Origin: a virus
Strand: one strand, 5' to 3'
DNA length: 64,000 nucleotides
IMG/VR virus record: IMGVR_UViG_3300025789_000024
Location: 1-64,000 of that record
A program made the position numbers and the translations under genes. The notes beneath the pieces are model-generated. The model was given only the letters and a program-made list of their open reading frames with translations, did no database searches and had not been told where the DNA came from. Below are positions 11,037-20,696 of this stretch, one piece after another. The first letter of the stretch is position 1. Each line of letters begins with the position of its first letter.

Positions 11037-12506
11037 TTAAAAGCTAGGTGGTAAGAAATCGTAGAAATAACTACTTGATCCGTCAGTTACCCACATGTAT
11101 AATCTTTGAAAATTATTAGGATTGTCTATATAGAAGAAAATGTCGCCGTAATTTAATGTTGCAAAATCAGGGGGAGTGGGACCATAATAGAACGTTGATG
11201 CCCAAACTGTGTTCGTACCGTTACTGGTTAGTACCTGGCCCTGTGTGCCTGTACTGCCTGTACTATCACTAATAAGTGAATTTGCTGATAAGTTTATGTT
11301 TCCTGTAACATTGGCGTTACCATTGACAATGAAATCATTGTTTGCTGTTAGATAGTTCGCTGTTACGTTACCGTTTGCATTTAAATTAACTGCTACATTT
11401 ACATAGTTGGCAGTTACTAAATTACCTAAATTTGCTGTGCCGTTTGCAGGTGCGGTTAAATTACCTGTGGTATCAAAATTCCATTGTTGACTGCCGTTAG
11501 TGTTGATATAGACATTACCACTAACATCAGGTAAACTTACGTTACTTGAGCCATGCTGAATTTCTGTTATGTTTGACGGGCTTGATGACCAAGTTAAATT
11601 TCCATAACCGTCTGTTGTTAGAATTTGACCATTACTACCACCACTGATATAAACATTGCTGATTGGGCCCAATGATACTTGATTAGCACTACCGAAGTTT
11701 ACATTACCTCTAGCCACTAAACCAGTACTAGAAATTGTTACAATATTAGCAGTTCCACTAGCACTAAAATTAATATTACCATTACCGGTAATAGCCATAT
11801 TAGTATTGCCATTTTGTACAGTAGTTACCTCTGCATTACCTGCTACTACTAGACTTGCTCCGGTGCCGCTTGTTAAAACAAGATTACTACCGCTATCGGT
11901 TTCAATAGTACTATTACCAATGTAGATAGTATTTCCAGATAGGTATAAATTACCCCAACGGTGAACATTTGAACCTAAATCAGAAATATTATTGGAAAAA
12001 GGAACTACATTTCCTGTAATTCTTATATTTGCAGGAAAATTTACATCAGCAGTTTCAGTATTGACTACAAAACCGTTTATACCTGTTGGTACGCCGTCGT
12101 TTTCGTATAAAATTTCCCCGTAAGTAGCATTTATAACTCCGCCACCACTTACGTCAATTAAGATACCGTCAACTTCAAGTTGACCGTCAATTTCAATTGG
12201 TTGTGCAAAAAGACCTTGATAATCAAAGGGTACAACAGTTGCTTGACCGTTGGGAATAAAGTACGGCATTGGTGCCGCACTATTTGAACTTACTGAAGAA
12301 AAACTTAAATTGCCATTTCCGTCAGTTTGTATATATTGACCTGCAGTTCCGCCGCCAATAAAAATATTACTGACATTACCTAAATTAGCATAGGTGTCTA
12401 CGGTTAAAACATTAGCAGTAACATTCGCATTAACGTCAACAACGTTAATAATCGAGTTAACACCAACGCTAAACCCGTAGCCGGAATTTAAGGGCTTTAG
12501 TGCCAT
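11037..12506 (-). CDS. Virion fibre/adaptor protein (489 aa)
   Basis: LKPLNSGYGFSVG N-terminus; DLGS...RWGNLYLSGNTIYIG motif; C-terminal GPTPP...GDIFF...LYMWVTDG module. Confidence 0.8.
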   Translation of the reverse strand: MALKPLNSGYGFSVGVNSIINVVDVNANVTANVLTVDTYANLGNVSNIFIGGGTAGQYIQTDGNGNLSFSSVSSNSAAPMPYFIPNGQATVVPFDYQGLFAQPIEIDGQLEVDGILIDVSGGGVINATYGEILYENDGVPTGINGFVVNTETADVNFPANIRITGNVVPFSNNISDLGSNVHRWGNLYLSGNTIYIGNSTIETDSGSNLVLTSGTGASLVVAGNAEVTTVQNGNTNMAITGNGNINFSASGTANIVTISSTGLVARGNVNFGSANQVSLGPISNVYISGGSNGQILTTDGYGNLTWSSSPSNITEIQHGSSNVSLPDVSGNVYINTNGSQQWNFDTTGNLTAPANGTANLGNLVTANYVNVAVNLNANGNVTANYLTANNDFIVNGNANVTGNINLSANSLISDSTGSTGTQGQVLTSNGTNTVWASTFYYGPTPPDFATLNYGDIFFYIDNPNNFQRLYMWVTDGSSSYFYDFLPPSF

Positions 12507-12508
12507 TA

Positions 12509-15500
12509 TTAAATCGTCCTAAATTGTGTGGTCCATACTGTTGAGTTTGTACTTGCAGGAGATACCTGTAATGCAATGTTGCTACCGACAATATTAACCG
12601 CTAATCCACCTGTAGTTGCTCCGATAAATGTTGTTCCATAAATTACGAAATCTGCATTTGCTGATCCGTCTGACACAGCCATAACTGTAGCCGCACTATA
12701 TTTGTTTAATGTGCCGTTTTCATCAACACCTTTAACAAAGAATTCTACACCTGTAATGCCTGCTACTGGTATTTGTGCAACTGTTTGATTAGCCGCAATA
12801 CTTGCTGTTGTTACTGTTGCCCAATATATTGCTGTGTTACCTAATACAATCGCATTAGCTACATTTGCATCATATGTGTTAACTACGTTACTAACTGTAA
12901 TGTTACCATCATTTGTGATTGCAACATTGCTTGAATTATTGCCAACAAAAATGTTACCTGTTAAGTTTGCATTACCGTTACTAATATTTACATTACTTGA
13001 ACTGTTGCCTACAAATAATGTGCTAGTAATGTTTGCATTTCCATTGATATTTGCATCGTAATTAGCAGTAATATAATTTGCAGTTAAATTACCTGTGATG
13101 TTTGCAGGGCCACCGTTGTTGATGTCTATGCTATTACCATAGAATGCATTAGCAGTAATATTGCCTGTTAACGCATTGACATTACCTGAAGCACTTACAT
13201 CTACAACATTTGCTGTGTTAGCAGTTATAACATTTACACCGCTGATGTTGCCGCCACTACCTGTACCAACTTGAACATTACCTGTGATATTTGCATTGCC
13301 ACCGACAATTAAATCAGTTCCAACATTTGCATAACCTGTTGAAATAAAGTTATTTACGTTAGCATATGTGTTAACTGTTAAACTGTTAGTAACTGTTGCT
13401 GTGTTAGAATTAACATTTCCAGCTAATAAATTACCAGTTAGTGTTAAACTTGTACCAGTTGCGTCACCAATATTTGGTGTTGTCAACTGTGCATTTGCCG
13501 CAACTGTGATGTTACCACCAACAATTGCAGTAGTTGTTCCGTCTACGTTAGCAGTAATTAATGTTCCAGTAACATTGATGCCGTTTGCACCTGTATAAGC
13601 ACCACCTTGACTGAATTGTACAAATGCAATGTTTGTAATACCGATATCAATTTCACCAGTTGTTGTTACGATCCAGCTTGAACCACCGTATACATCACCT
13701 TCAGTTACAAAGAAGTATGAACCTGCTGCCAAACCATTTGCACTTTGTGGGATATAACTATTACCATCAGCACTTCTTGTTAATACCCAAGGAGTTGAAC
13801 CATCACCAACTGTTGTTACATCGTAAACACCATTGTATGCTTGATTTGTTTGACCAGTTACAAGAACACGTAAGCCTGTAGTAGTTGTTACACTATCAAC
13901 AATTAATGCGGCAAGTGTACCTGCATTTGTCAATGTTGCACCTGTACCTGCTTGACCTAATGCAGGCTGTGACAATCCTGATCCAGCAGTTAATGTTTCT
14001 ACTGGGGCGGGACCATAATATTCATCCTTCAATGTGATTTGATTAGATGCGGGTACTGAAGCTACATAGTAGATATCAGGATCGCCACTAATACCATTGA
14101 ATGAATTAGTAAATGAAATTGTATTACCTACGCTTAATCCGTGCGCGCCACTAAACTGAACAACACTATTACCAATAATGTCAGTAACAGTTAGACTTGT
14201 ACCACCATTGTTATAACTTGCATTCAAATTACCTGATGACAACACATTTGCCGCTGGGTGAACATATAAACCTTGACTGATGTTATCAACATATTGCTTT
14301 GTAGCCGCATCTTGTGGATTAACTGGATCAGCAAGACTTGTAATGTATGTGCTGTGAACATCAACGTTACCTGCACCACCTGGTACTAAGTTAATATTAT
14401 ATGTGCCATTAGATACCAAATCACTTGCAATTTGTAAATATGTACCAGTACTTGTGATAGTGTTGCCAACAAATGTGCTTGTTGTTGTGATATTAGCGTT
14501 AGCATATAATGTACCAATTACATTAGCACCTGTTGCTGTTACTGTTAATACGTTAGCATTACCACCAACTGACAAGTTGATATTGCCGTTAACTACTGGA
14601 ATAGCAACATTACTTGTACCGTTTGCCAATTTACCTAATAAATTACCAACTGTTAAGTTACCTGTAATATTTGCATTTGTTTGTACATACAAATTACCCG
14701 CAATGTTAGCATCAGCATTTGCATAGAAGTAATTTGATAATATGTTACCTTGAACGTTTACATTACCGTTAGCATTTAAGTCATTACCTAAATTTGCATA
14801 GTTAGCAAACAAATAATCAACACCGCTGATGTTACCACCTGTGCCGCCTCCAGTAGTAATATTACCACCAACTTCAAGATTGCCTTGAATATTTGCATCA
14901 TTTGCAAAGTTTGCGTAGTTTGCAGTTACTAAGTTACCTAAATTAGCTGTGCCGATTGCAGGGAATGTTGTATTACCTGTAGTATCAAAGATCCATTGAT
15001 AGTCTGTACCTGCATTAGCATTAATGATTACATTACCATCAGCGACAGGAATACTTACATTACTGTTACCATTTGCAACTTGTGAACCTGATGCCCAACT
15101 TAAGTTACCTGTACCATCTGTAGTAAGAACTTGATTTAATGCGCCACCGTAAATGTGAACATTAGCAACATTACCTAATACCACATTTGGATTATTTGTG
15201 TTGAAGTCAATAGTTTGACCTGAACCAACACTAAATGTACCGTCTGATCCAAATTGATATTCCCAATATTGTGCATTAGTGTATAATAATATATCACCAT
15301 TGTCATTTAATATAACTTGACTGTAGTTTGCACCGCTTGTTTGAATACTGATATTGTTTGCCGCAGGTGTTGTGATTGTTGCATAACCACTGTTAGCGTT
15401 AGGTAAAATTAAATTACCATTATCTTCGAATATCCAGTTATATGCACCTTCTTGACTGTACAACTTAACATTACTATTAGTGCCATTGTCATTTAATTGG

Positions 15501-16711
15501 ATACCTGAATAGACACCAGAATTGGTATAGATGTTAATTGCTGTGTTTGGTTGGCCAGTTATGCTAGAACCATTTGGCAATGTTAATTGACCGTTTTGAT
15601 CAAATGTCCAGTTTTGTGATTCAGCATTTGTAGCAATTGTTACATTACCACCAGGGCCGTCAGTTAAGTAAATTTCACTATAACTTGAAACATTAGAAGT
15701 ATAAAAATCAAGATTTGTAAGTGAAGTAATTACGCCATAAACTGGTAGTGTAAGATATCCATTTGTATCAAATACCCATTGTTGATCACTGCCACTATTA
15801 GCATTAATGTAAACGTTACCGTCTTGAGATGGGATAGTTACATTACTATTACCATTTTTAATTTCGTTGATGTTTGGCGCTTCAGTCCATGATAAGTTAC
15901 CGGTACCGTCAGTTTGAAGAACATAGCCGTCACTGCCACCTAAAATGTGAACATTACCGATATTACCTAATTGTACATTTGCATTATTAGTACTAAAGTC
16001 AACAAGACCACCGTTACTTGTAAAACTATTAGCAAAGATAACGTTTGCGCCACTGATGTTACCTGCACTGCCTGTTGTAGAGAAATTATTTGCTGTTACA
16101 TTGCCAGTTACATTAGCATTGCCAGTGATTGTTACATCATTGGCAAAATTTGCATAATTAGCAGTTACTAAATTACCAAGATTTGCTGTACCGACTGCAG
16201 GGAATGTAGTGTTACCAGAATTATCAAGATTCCATTCATACTCACTACCTTCATAATCAGTATAGAAGTAGATGTTGTTTGTATCAATGTCAATATAACT
16301 ATTGCCAGAAGCGTCCGTTAGATTTAGACTACCGCTATTTGGTATGATGTAGCTACTGCCAGGTACTGTTAAATTACCTGTTATGTCAAATACCCATTGA
16401 GAATCGGTTGCTGCATTAGCATTGATATAAATATTACCACTAGCAACAGGAATGCTTACATTACTATTACCATTTTGAATTTCAGTAACACCGGGGCTTG
16501 ATGACCAGTTTAAGTTACCTAATCCGTCAGTACTAAGTACTGCACCTGAGTTACCTCCACCAATGTAGATATTACCCACATCGCCTAGATTTGCGTAATT
16601 ACTTACAACTAGATTGGCTGTGGTAACATCGGTATTTGGGTAGATTACTGTTGTAATCGTACTGTTACCTACGCTAAAACCGCCTACTGAATTTAATGGT
16701 TTAAGAGACAT
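12509..16711 (-). CDS. Virion fibre protein (1400 aa)
   Basis: LKPLNSVGGFSVG N-terminus; repeated W.FD..GNLT.P modules; DAATKQYVD domain; C-terminal GVEFFVKG beta-domain. Confidence 0.8.
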   Translation of the reverse strand: MSLKPLNSVGGFSVGNSTITTVIYPNTDVTTANLVVSNYANLGDVGNIYIGGGNSGAVLSTDGLGNLNWSSSPGVTEIQNGNSNVSIPVASGNIYINANAATDSQWVFDITGNLTVPGSSYIIPNSGSLNLTDASGNSYIDIDTNNIYFYTDYEGSEYEWNLDNSGNTTFPAVGTANLGNLVTANYANFANDVTITGNANVTGNVTANNFSTTGSAGNISGANVIFANSFTSNGGLVDFSTNNANVQLGNIGNVHILGGSDGYVLQTDGTGNLSWTEAPNINEIKNGNSNVTIPSQDGNVYINANSGSDQQWVFDTNGYLTLPVYGVITSLTNLDFYTSNVSSYSEIYLTDGPGGNVTIATNAESQNWTFDQNGQLTLPNGSSITGQPNTAINIYTNSGVYSGIQLNDNGTNSNVKLYSQEGAYNWIFEDNGNLILPNANSGYATITTPAANNISIQTSGANYSQVILNDNGDILLYTNAQYWEYQFGSDGTFSVGSGQTIDFNTNNPNVVLGNVANVHIYGGALNQVLTTDGTGNLSWASGSQVANGNSNVSIPVADGNVIINANAGTDYQWIFDTTGNTTFPAIGTANLGNLVTANYANFANDANIQGNLEVGGNITTGGGTGGNISGVDYLFANYANLGNDLNANGNVNVQGNILSNYFYANADANIAGNLYVQTNANITGNLTVGNLLGKLANGTSNVAIPVVNGNINLSVGGNANVLTVTATGANVIGTLYANANITTTSTFVGNTITSTGTYLQIASDLVSNGTYNINLVPGGAGNVDVHSTYITSLADPVNPQDAATKQYVDNISQGLYVHPAANVLSSGNLNASYNNGGTSLTVTDIIGNSVVQFSGAHGLSVGNTISFTNSFNGISGDPDIYYVASVPASNQITLKDEYYGPAPVETLTAGSGLSQPALGQAGTGATLTNAGTLAALIVDSVTTTTGLRVLVTGQTNQAYNGVYDVTTVGDGSTPWVLTRSADGNSYIPQSANGLAAGSYFFVTEGDVYGGSSWIVTTTGEIDIGITNIAFVQFSQGGAYTGANGINVTGTLITANVDGTTTAIVGGNITVAANAQLTTPNIGDATGTSLTLTGNLLAGNVNSNTATVTNSLTVNTYANVNNFISTGYANVGTDLIVGGNANITGNVQVGTGSGGNISGVNVITANTANVVDVSASGNVNALTGNITANAFYGNSIDINNGGPANITGNLTANYITANYDANINGNANITSTLFVGNSSSNVNISNGNANLTGNIFVGNNSSNVAITNDGNITVSNVVNTYDANVANAIVLGNTAIYWATVTTASIAANQTVAQIPVAGITGVEFFVKGVDENGTLNKYSAATVMAVSDGSANADFVIYGTTFIGATTGGLAVNIVGSNIALQVSPASTNSTVWTTQFRTI

Positions 16712-16777
16712 TTGCTGATTCCTTATTATCTTATATTTATCATTTTCTCAAAAATGGGCATACACTCATTCTTATTT

Positions 16778-19471
16778 TTATGTTGCATACTGCGTGATTT
16801 GCATCTTATACGTCACGGTATTCATTGTTTCCGGTGTTACGTATAACACGATGTACCCTGCATTGTACGATATAGAATAGTCCCCAACTGGGCCACCTAC
16901 ATATAATTGACTGTATTCATTATAGTTAACATTGCCACTATAATATACCGCTGTAGACTTTGTGATTTGTCTATAACCAGCTGTAGCATCAGTAGCAACA
17001 ATAGTAAATTCTAATCCTGAAATATTTGCGGCACTGATTGCTAACAATTGTTGCAATCCTGCACCTGATGTTGTGGCAGCAAACGTGTTTGCAGTCCAAA
17101 ACTGATTTAATCCTGTACCCAGTGTTAGTGAGTTTGCAACCATACTACCTACTAAGTTTACAACACCTGTTACATGATTGTATGTAAAATTAGTATTTCC
17201 ACTGAATGTGCCGTTTTGATTGAACTGAATTTGATTGTTTGCGCCACCTGGGCTACCTGTACTTGGAACCCATTGTAAATCACCTGATCCATCAGTAGAT
17301 AAGATATATCCTGCGCTACCACCACCAATACTTACATTTCCTGCATCACCCAATGCAAGTACACTACCATCCCAAGTTACAGTAGGTATACCACCAAAGT
17401 CACCTTCTAAATTAAACTGTAACTGAGTGTTGTTACCACCGGGTAATCCATTACCACCTGCAGGGGCCGCCCAAACTAAGTTCCCTGCTCCGTTTGTTTT
17501 TAATACATAACCATTGCTACCACCTGCAATGTTGATATTACCAACATTACCTAAATTAGTTTTACCAGTAACTGTTAAATTACCTGTTCTAGTGTTACCT
17601 GTAACATTAGCATTGTTAACAATCGTTATTGATCCTGAAACAGTTGCATTGGGTGCTGTTAATACACCAGTTGAACTATTAAATGTAAATCCAGTAGTAC
17701 CTGCAAAGTTGCCATTGTCATTGTATTGAACTTCTGTGTTAATACCGCCGGGGTTTCCACCACCGCCACCTTCAGCCCAAGATAATGCACCTGCACCATC
17801 TGTAGTCAATACATAACCACTAGTTCCGCCACCAATACTGATTTGAGATACATCACCCAGTGTTAATAAACTACCATCCCATGTAGTAGTTGGTATGCCT
17901 GCAAAACTTCCACTGTTATTAAACTGTAATTGTTGATTTGAACCGCCGGGCGTTCCTGATGCTTGTAACCAACTTAGATTACCTGTACCATCAGTAGATA
18001 ACACATAACCTGTTGTACCACCAGTAATTGTTAAGTTACTAATGCTTCCTAAATTAGCAGGTCCTTGTATGTTTAGATTAGTTAGTGTACCTAAACTAGT
18101 AATGTTAGGTTGAATATTAGTTGTTAATCTACCGCCTAAATTGACTGCATTAACATTGTCTGATGCATTTAATGTAATTACATTAGCAGTTGTTGCCTTT
18201 AATGTTCCTGTAACATTTGCGCTTGATGCAGTTACATTATATGTTGCAACTACATTTGGTACAGTCATTACACCTGAGGTGTTTGTAAATGTAAATCCGG
18301 CTGCGCCACCAAATGTACCTGCATTGTTGAATTGAATTTCTGTGTTACTACCACCGGGTGTTCCATTACCACCGCCGCCACCTGTTTGTGCAGTCCAACT
18401 TAGATTACCTGTACCGTCAGTTTGTAACACATAACCATTAACACCACCGCTGATTACAACATCAGATATACCTGCATTTAATGAGTTAACAGGACCATAA
18501 ACGTTACTACCTGCAACACTATTAGCAATAGCCGCAAACGCTACTTGTCCTGTGACGTTTCCACCGGCTACTCCATTTGCGATAGTTGCATACTCTACTG
18601 CACCGTGAACATTTGCACCAGCAACATAATTAGCAATAGCCGCATAATTAACTTGTCCGAATACATTACCACCTGCAACACTGTTTGCCACGTTGGCATA
18701 ATTAACTGCGCCGAACACATTGCTACCTGACACGCTGTTTGCAACACTTGCATATTGTACAGCACCTGTTACATTGGCACCGGCTACTGAGTTTGCTGTA
18801 GCCGCATAATTGACTTGTCCAAATACATTACTACCTGCTACTCCATTTGCAATAGTAGCATAAGCAACTGCTCCAGTAACATTACTACCTGCTACACTAT
18901 TAGCAATGGTTGCATACTCTACTGCACCTGTAATGTCACTGCCTGGAATACTTGCATTAAGTGTACCTGTAACTGATAGATTAGGTACTGTTACAACACC
19001 TGTTGCACTATTGAAAGTAAAACTAGGCAAGCCACCAAACTGACCAGCATTATTAAATTGAATGTATGTGTTGCTACCACCGGGGTTAGTGTTACCCCCA
19101 CCATTACCTGATCCAGGTGCCCATTGTAGATTACCTGTACCATCAGTTTGTAGATAATAGCCAAAAGCTCCGCCACCTAATTTAACATTAGCAACACTAC
19201 CCAATGACAAGTTTGCGCCATCCCATGTAGTGATTGGTATTCCACCAAATGATCCATTGTTATTAAATTGTAGTTGAGTAGTGCTACCGCCGGCTGCCCC
19301 TGCAAAAGGAGTACCGTTAGCCCAATAAAATTGATTTGCATATACATTAGAAGCAGTAACATTTCCTGATGTAAAAACATTAGTAACAATATTACCATTG
19401 CCATCAGTAATAGCGATAGGTGGTATACCAACTGAGTAACCTGCTAATGAATTAAAGAGTTCTGCTGCCAT
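16778..19471 (-). CDS. Virion fibre protein (897 aa)
   Basis: Multiple PGGSNTQ.QFN..G.FGG and GYVL.TDG.GNLSW modules, 18-aa repeats, C-terminal GLEFTIVA domain. Confidence 0.8.
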   Translation of the reverse strand: MAAELFNSLAGYSVGIPPIAITDGNGNIVTNVFTSGNVTASNVYANQFYWANGTPFAGAAGGSTTQLQFNNNGSFGGIPITTWDGANLSLGSVANVKLGGGAFGYYLQTDGTGNLQWAPGSGNGGGNTNPGGSNTYIQFNNAGQFGGLPSFTFNSATGVVTVPNLSVTGTLNASIPGSDITGAVEYATIANSVAGSNVTGAVAYATIANGVAGSNVFGQVNYAATANSVAGANVTGAVQYASVANSVSGSNVFGAVNYANVANSVAGGNVFGQVNYAAIANYVAGANVHGAVEYATIANGVAGGNVTGQVAFAAIANSVAGSNVYGPVNSLNAGISDVVISGGVNGYVLQTDGTGNLSWTAQTGGGGGNGTPGGSNTEIQFNNAGTFGGAAGFTFTNTSGVMTVPNVVATYNVTASSANVTGTLKATTANVITLNASDNVNAVNLGGRLTTNIQPNITSLGTLTNLNIQGPANLGSISNLTITGGTTGYVLSTDGTGNLSWLQASGTPGGSNQQLQFNNSGSFAGIPTTTWDGSLLTLGDVSQISIGGGTSGYVLTTDGAGALSWAEGGGGGNPGGINTEVQYNDNGNFAGTTGFTFNSSTGVLTAPNATVSGSITIVNNANVTGNTRTGNLTVTGKTNLGNVGNINIAGGSNGYVLKTNGAGNLVWAAPAGGNGLPGGNNTQLQFNLEGDFGGIPTVTWDGSVLALGDAGNVSIGGGSAGYILSTDGSGDLQWVPSTGSPGGANNQIQFNQNGTFSGNTNFTYNHVTGVVNLVGSMVANSLTLGTGLNQFWTANTFAATTSGAGLQQLLAISAANISGLEFTIVATDATAGYRQITKSTAVYYSGNVNYNEYSQLYVGGPVGDYSISYNAGYIVLYVTPETMNTVTYKMQITQYAT
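18497..18929 (-). repeat. Eight 18-aa (54 nt) repeats G[AQ]V.YA..ANSVAG.NV.
   Basis: Counted in the translation. Confidence 0.9.
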
Positions 19472-19496
19472 TGTAAAATCCGTTTAAGTAATCTAG

Positions 19497-19563
19497 TATT
19501 TATCTATTGCCCTTTTTATATACCGTGGTTTGAAGAACCTAGGAGTGCTTTATTTTATAAATA
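19497..19563. promoter_or_regulatory. Divergent T4-type late promoters (ATAAATA on - at 19497-19503; TATAAATA on + at 19556-19563)
   Basis: Match to the T4 gp55 promoter consensus TATAAATA. Further (A)TAAATA copies precede genes at 5119, 16734, 20635, 24525, 24835, 26656, 46820 and 47317. Confidence 0.75.
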
Positions 19564-19567
19564 CAAT

Positions 19568-19939
19568 ATGATTACTACTCAACCACCAAGACCTATATGC
19601 ATTAATTGCAAATTTTCATTAGCAAAGTCTAATGGAAAAAGTAAACATGGATTTCAAAAGTGGCATCGATATTGTGTTGAGTGTGCTAAATCGATATACA
19701 ATCCTAGATTTAAACACTTACAATATAAAAAGTTACATTGTGAGCAATGTAGCTTTGAAGCAGAAGACAAATGTCAATTAGATTTGATATTTGTAGATGG
19801 GAATAAAAAGAATAAAACTAAAAAGAATATGTTAACACTATGTGCAAACTGTAGTAGATTGTACAAAAAGCGCCAACGTACAGGTAAAAAATCAATTTTA
19901 AATAATGTTACTGTTGATGCTGATATTAGGATTGCTTGA
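19568..19939 (+). CDS. Zinc-finger/HNH-fold protein, probably catalytically degenerate
   Basis: Four CxxC pairs; QLDLIFVDGNKKN...NMLTLCANC matches the HNH scaffold (usually LDVDHIDG...NL..LC.NCH) but lacks the His residues. Confidence 0.65.
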   Translation: MITTQPPRPICINCKFSLAKSNGKSKHGFQKWHRYCVECAKSIYNPRFKHLQYKKLHCEQCSFEAEDKCQLDLIFVDGNKKNKTKKNMLTLCANCSRLYKKRQRTGKKSILNNVTVDADIRIA

Positions 19940-20630
19940 TTTTTAGTAATCTTAAAAATTCAAATATTTTTATATACATAAACCCAATATCAAATTCAAA
20001 CTTTTCACGACTAAGTTTACAACTTGCAGGATTTAAGTGATGATTATTGTGTAACTCTTCACCACCTACAACAATGCCCCAAGGAGTTATGTTATGACTA
20101 TGATCTTTAGTCTCACCGTTACGATATCCCCACCAATGGCCTATCCCATTGATAACTCCGGCTGCCCAAAAGGGTATCCAAATCATTTGCACACCCCATA
20201 TTAATAATCCTATTGTTCCAAACAATGTTAGATTGATCCAAAGCATTATTAGTATGCCTAAAAAATTATATCTAGTATAAATTTTTTCTATAAAATCATC
20301 AGGTGTGCCTACACCATACTGATTTACCATGTCTTTGTCTTTTACTGCACTACTATATAACAATGCGCCCCTAGAGAATACACGCCATATTCCATAGACA
20401 TGTGGGCTATGTGGATCACCTTCTTTGTCACTAAATCTATGATGCTTTCTATGAGTTGCTACCCACTGTTTAGTTACCATACCTGTTGTAAGCCATAACC
20501 AAAATCGCATAAAGTGACTTAATACAGGATGAAATTCTAGTGACTTGTGAGCCTGTCCTCTGTGCAAGAACAACGTCACACATACTATAGTGATGTGTGT
20601 AACTATTAAAGTGTATATGATATATGTCAT
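19926..20630 (-). CDS. Membrane fatty acid desaturase, delta-9/DesA-like (auxiliary metabolic gene)
   Basis: Three His boxes (HRGQAH, HRKHH, HNNHH), DPHSP motif, hydrophobic segments. Confidence 0.92.
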   Translation of the reverse strand: MTYIIYTLIVTHITIVCVTLFLHRGQAHKSLEFHPVLSHFMRFWLWLTTGMVTKQWVATHRKHHRFSDKEGDPHSPHVYGIWRVFSRGALLYSSAVKDKDMVNQYGVGTPDDFIEKIYTRYNFLGILIMLWINLTLFGTIGLLIWGVQMIWIPFWAAGVINGIGHWWGYRNGETKDHSHNITPWGIVVGGEELHNNHHLNPASCKLSREKFEFDIGFMYIKIFEFLRLLKIKQS

Positions 20631-20647
20631 GCTATATTTAACCCATA

Positions 20648-20673
20648 AGAAAAGGCTCCGTAGAGCCTTTTCT
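20648..20673 (-). terminator. Intrinsic terminator after the major capsid gene
   Basis: Perfect 11-bp inverted repeat AGAAAAGGCTC/GAGCCTTTTCT with a C(UACG)G tetraloop on the minus strand. Confidence 0.85.
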
Positions 20674-20696
20674 GTCTTTCATACCAACAATGTTGA

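Noticed and set aside
415-18730. Many plus-strand Leu/Pro/Val-rich ORFs (e.g. 859..1779, 9983..10891)
   Set aside because: Antisense shadows of the repetitive minus-strand fibre genes; no SD or promoter, and composition follows from the complementary codons.
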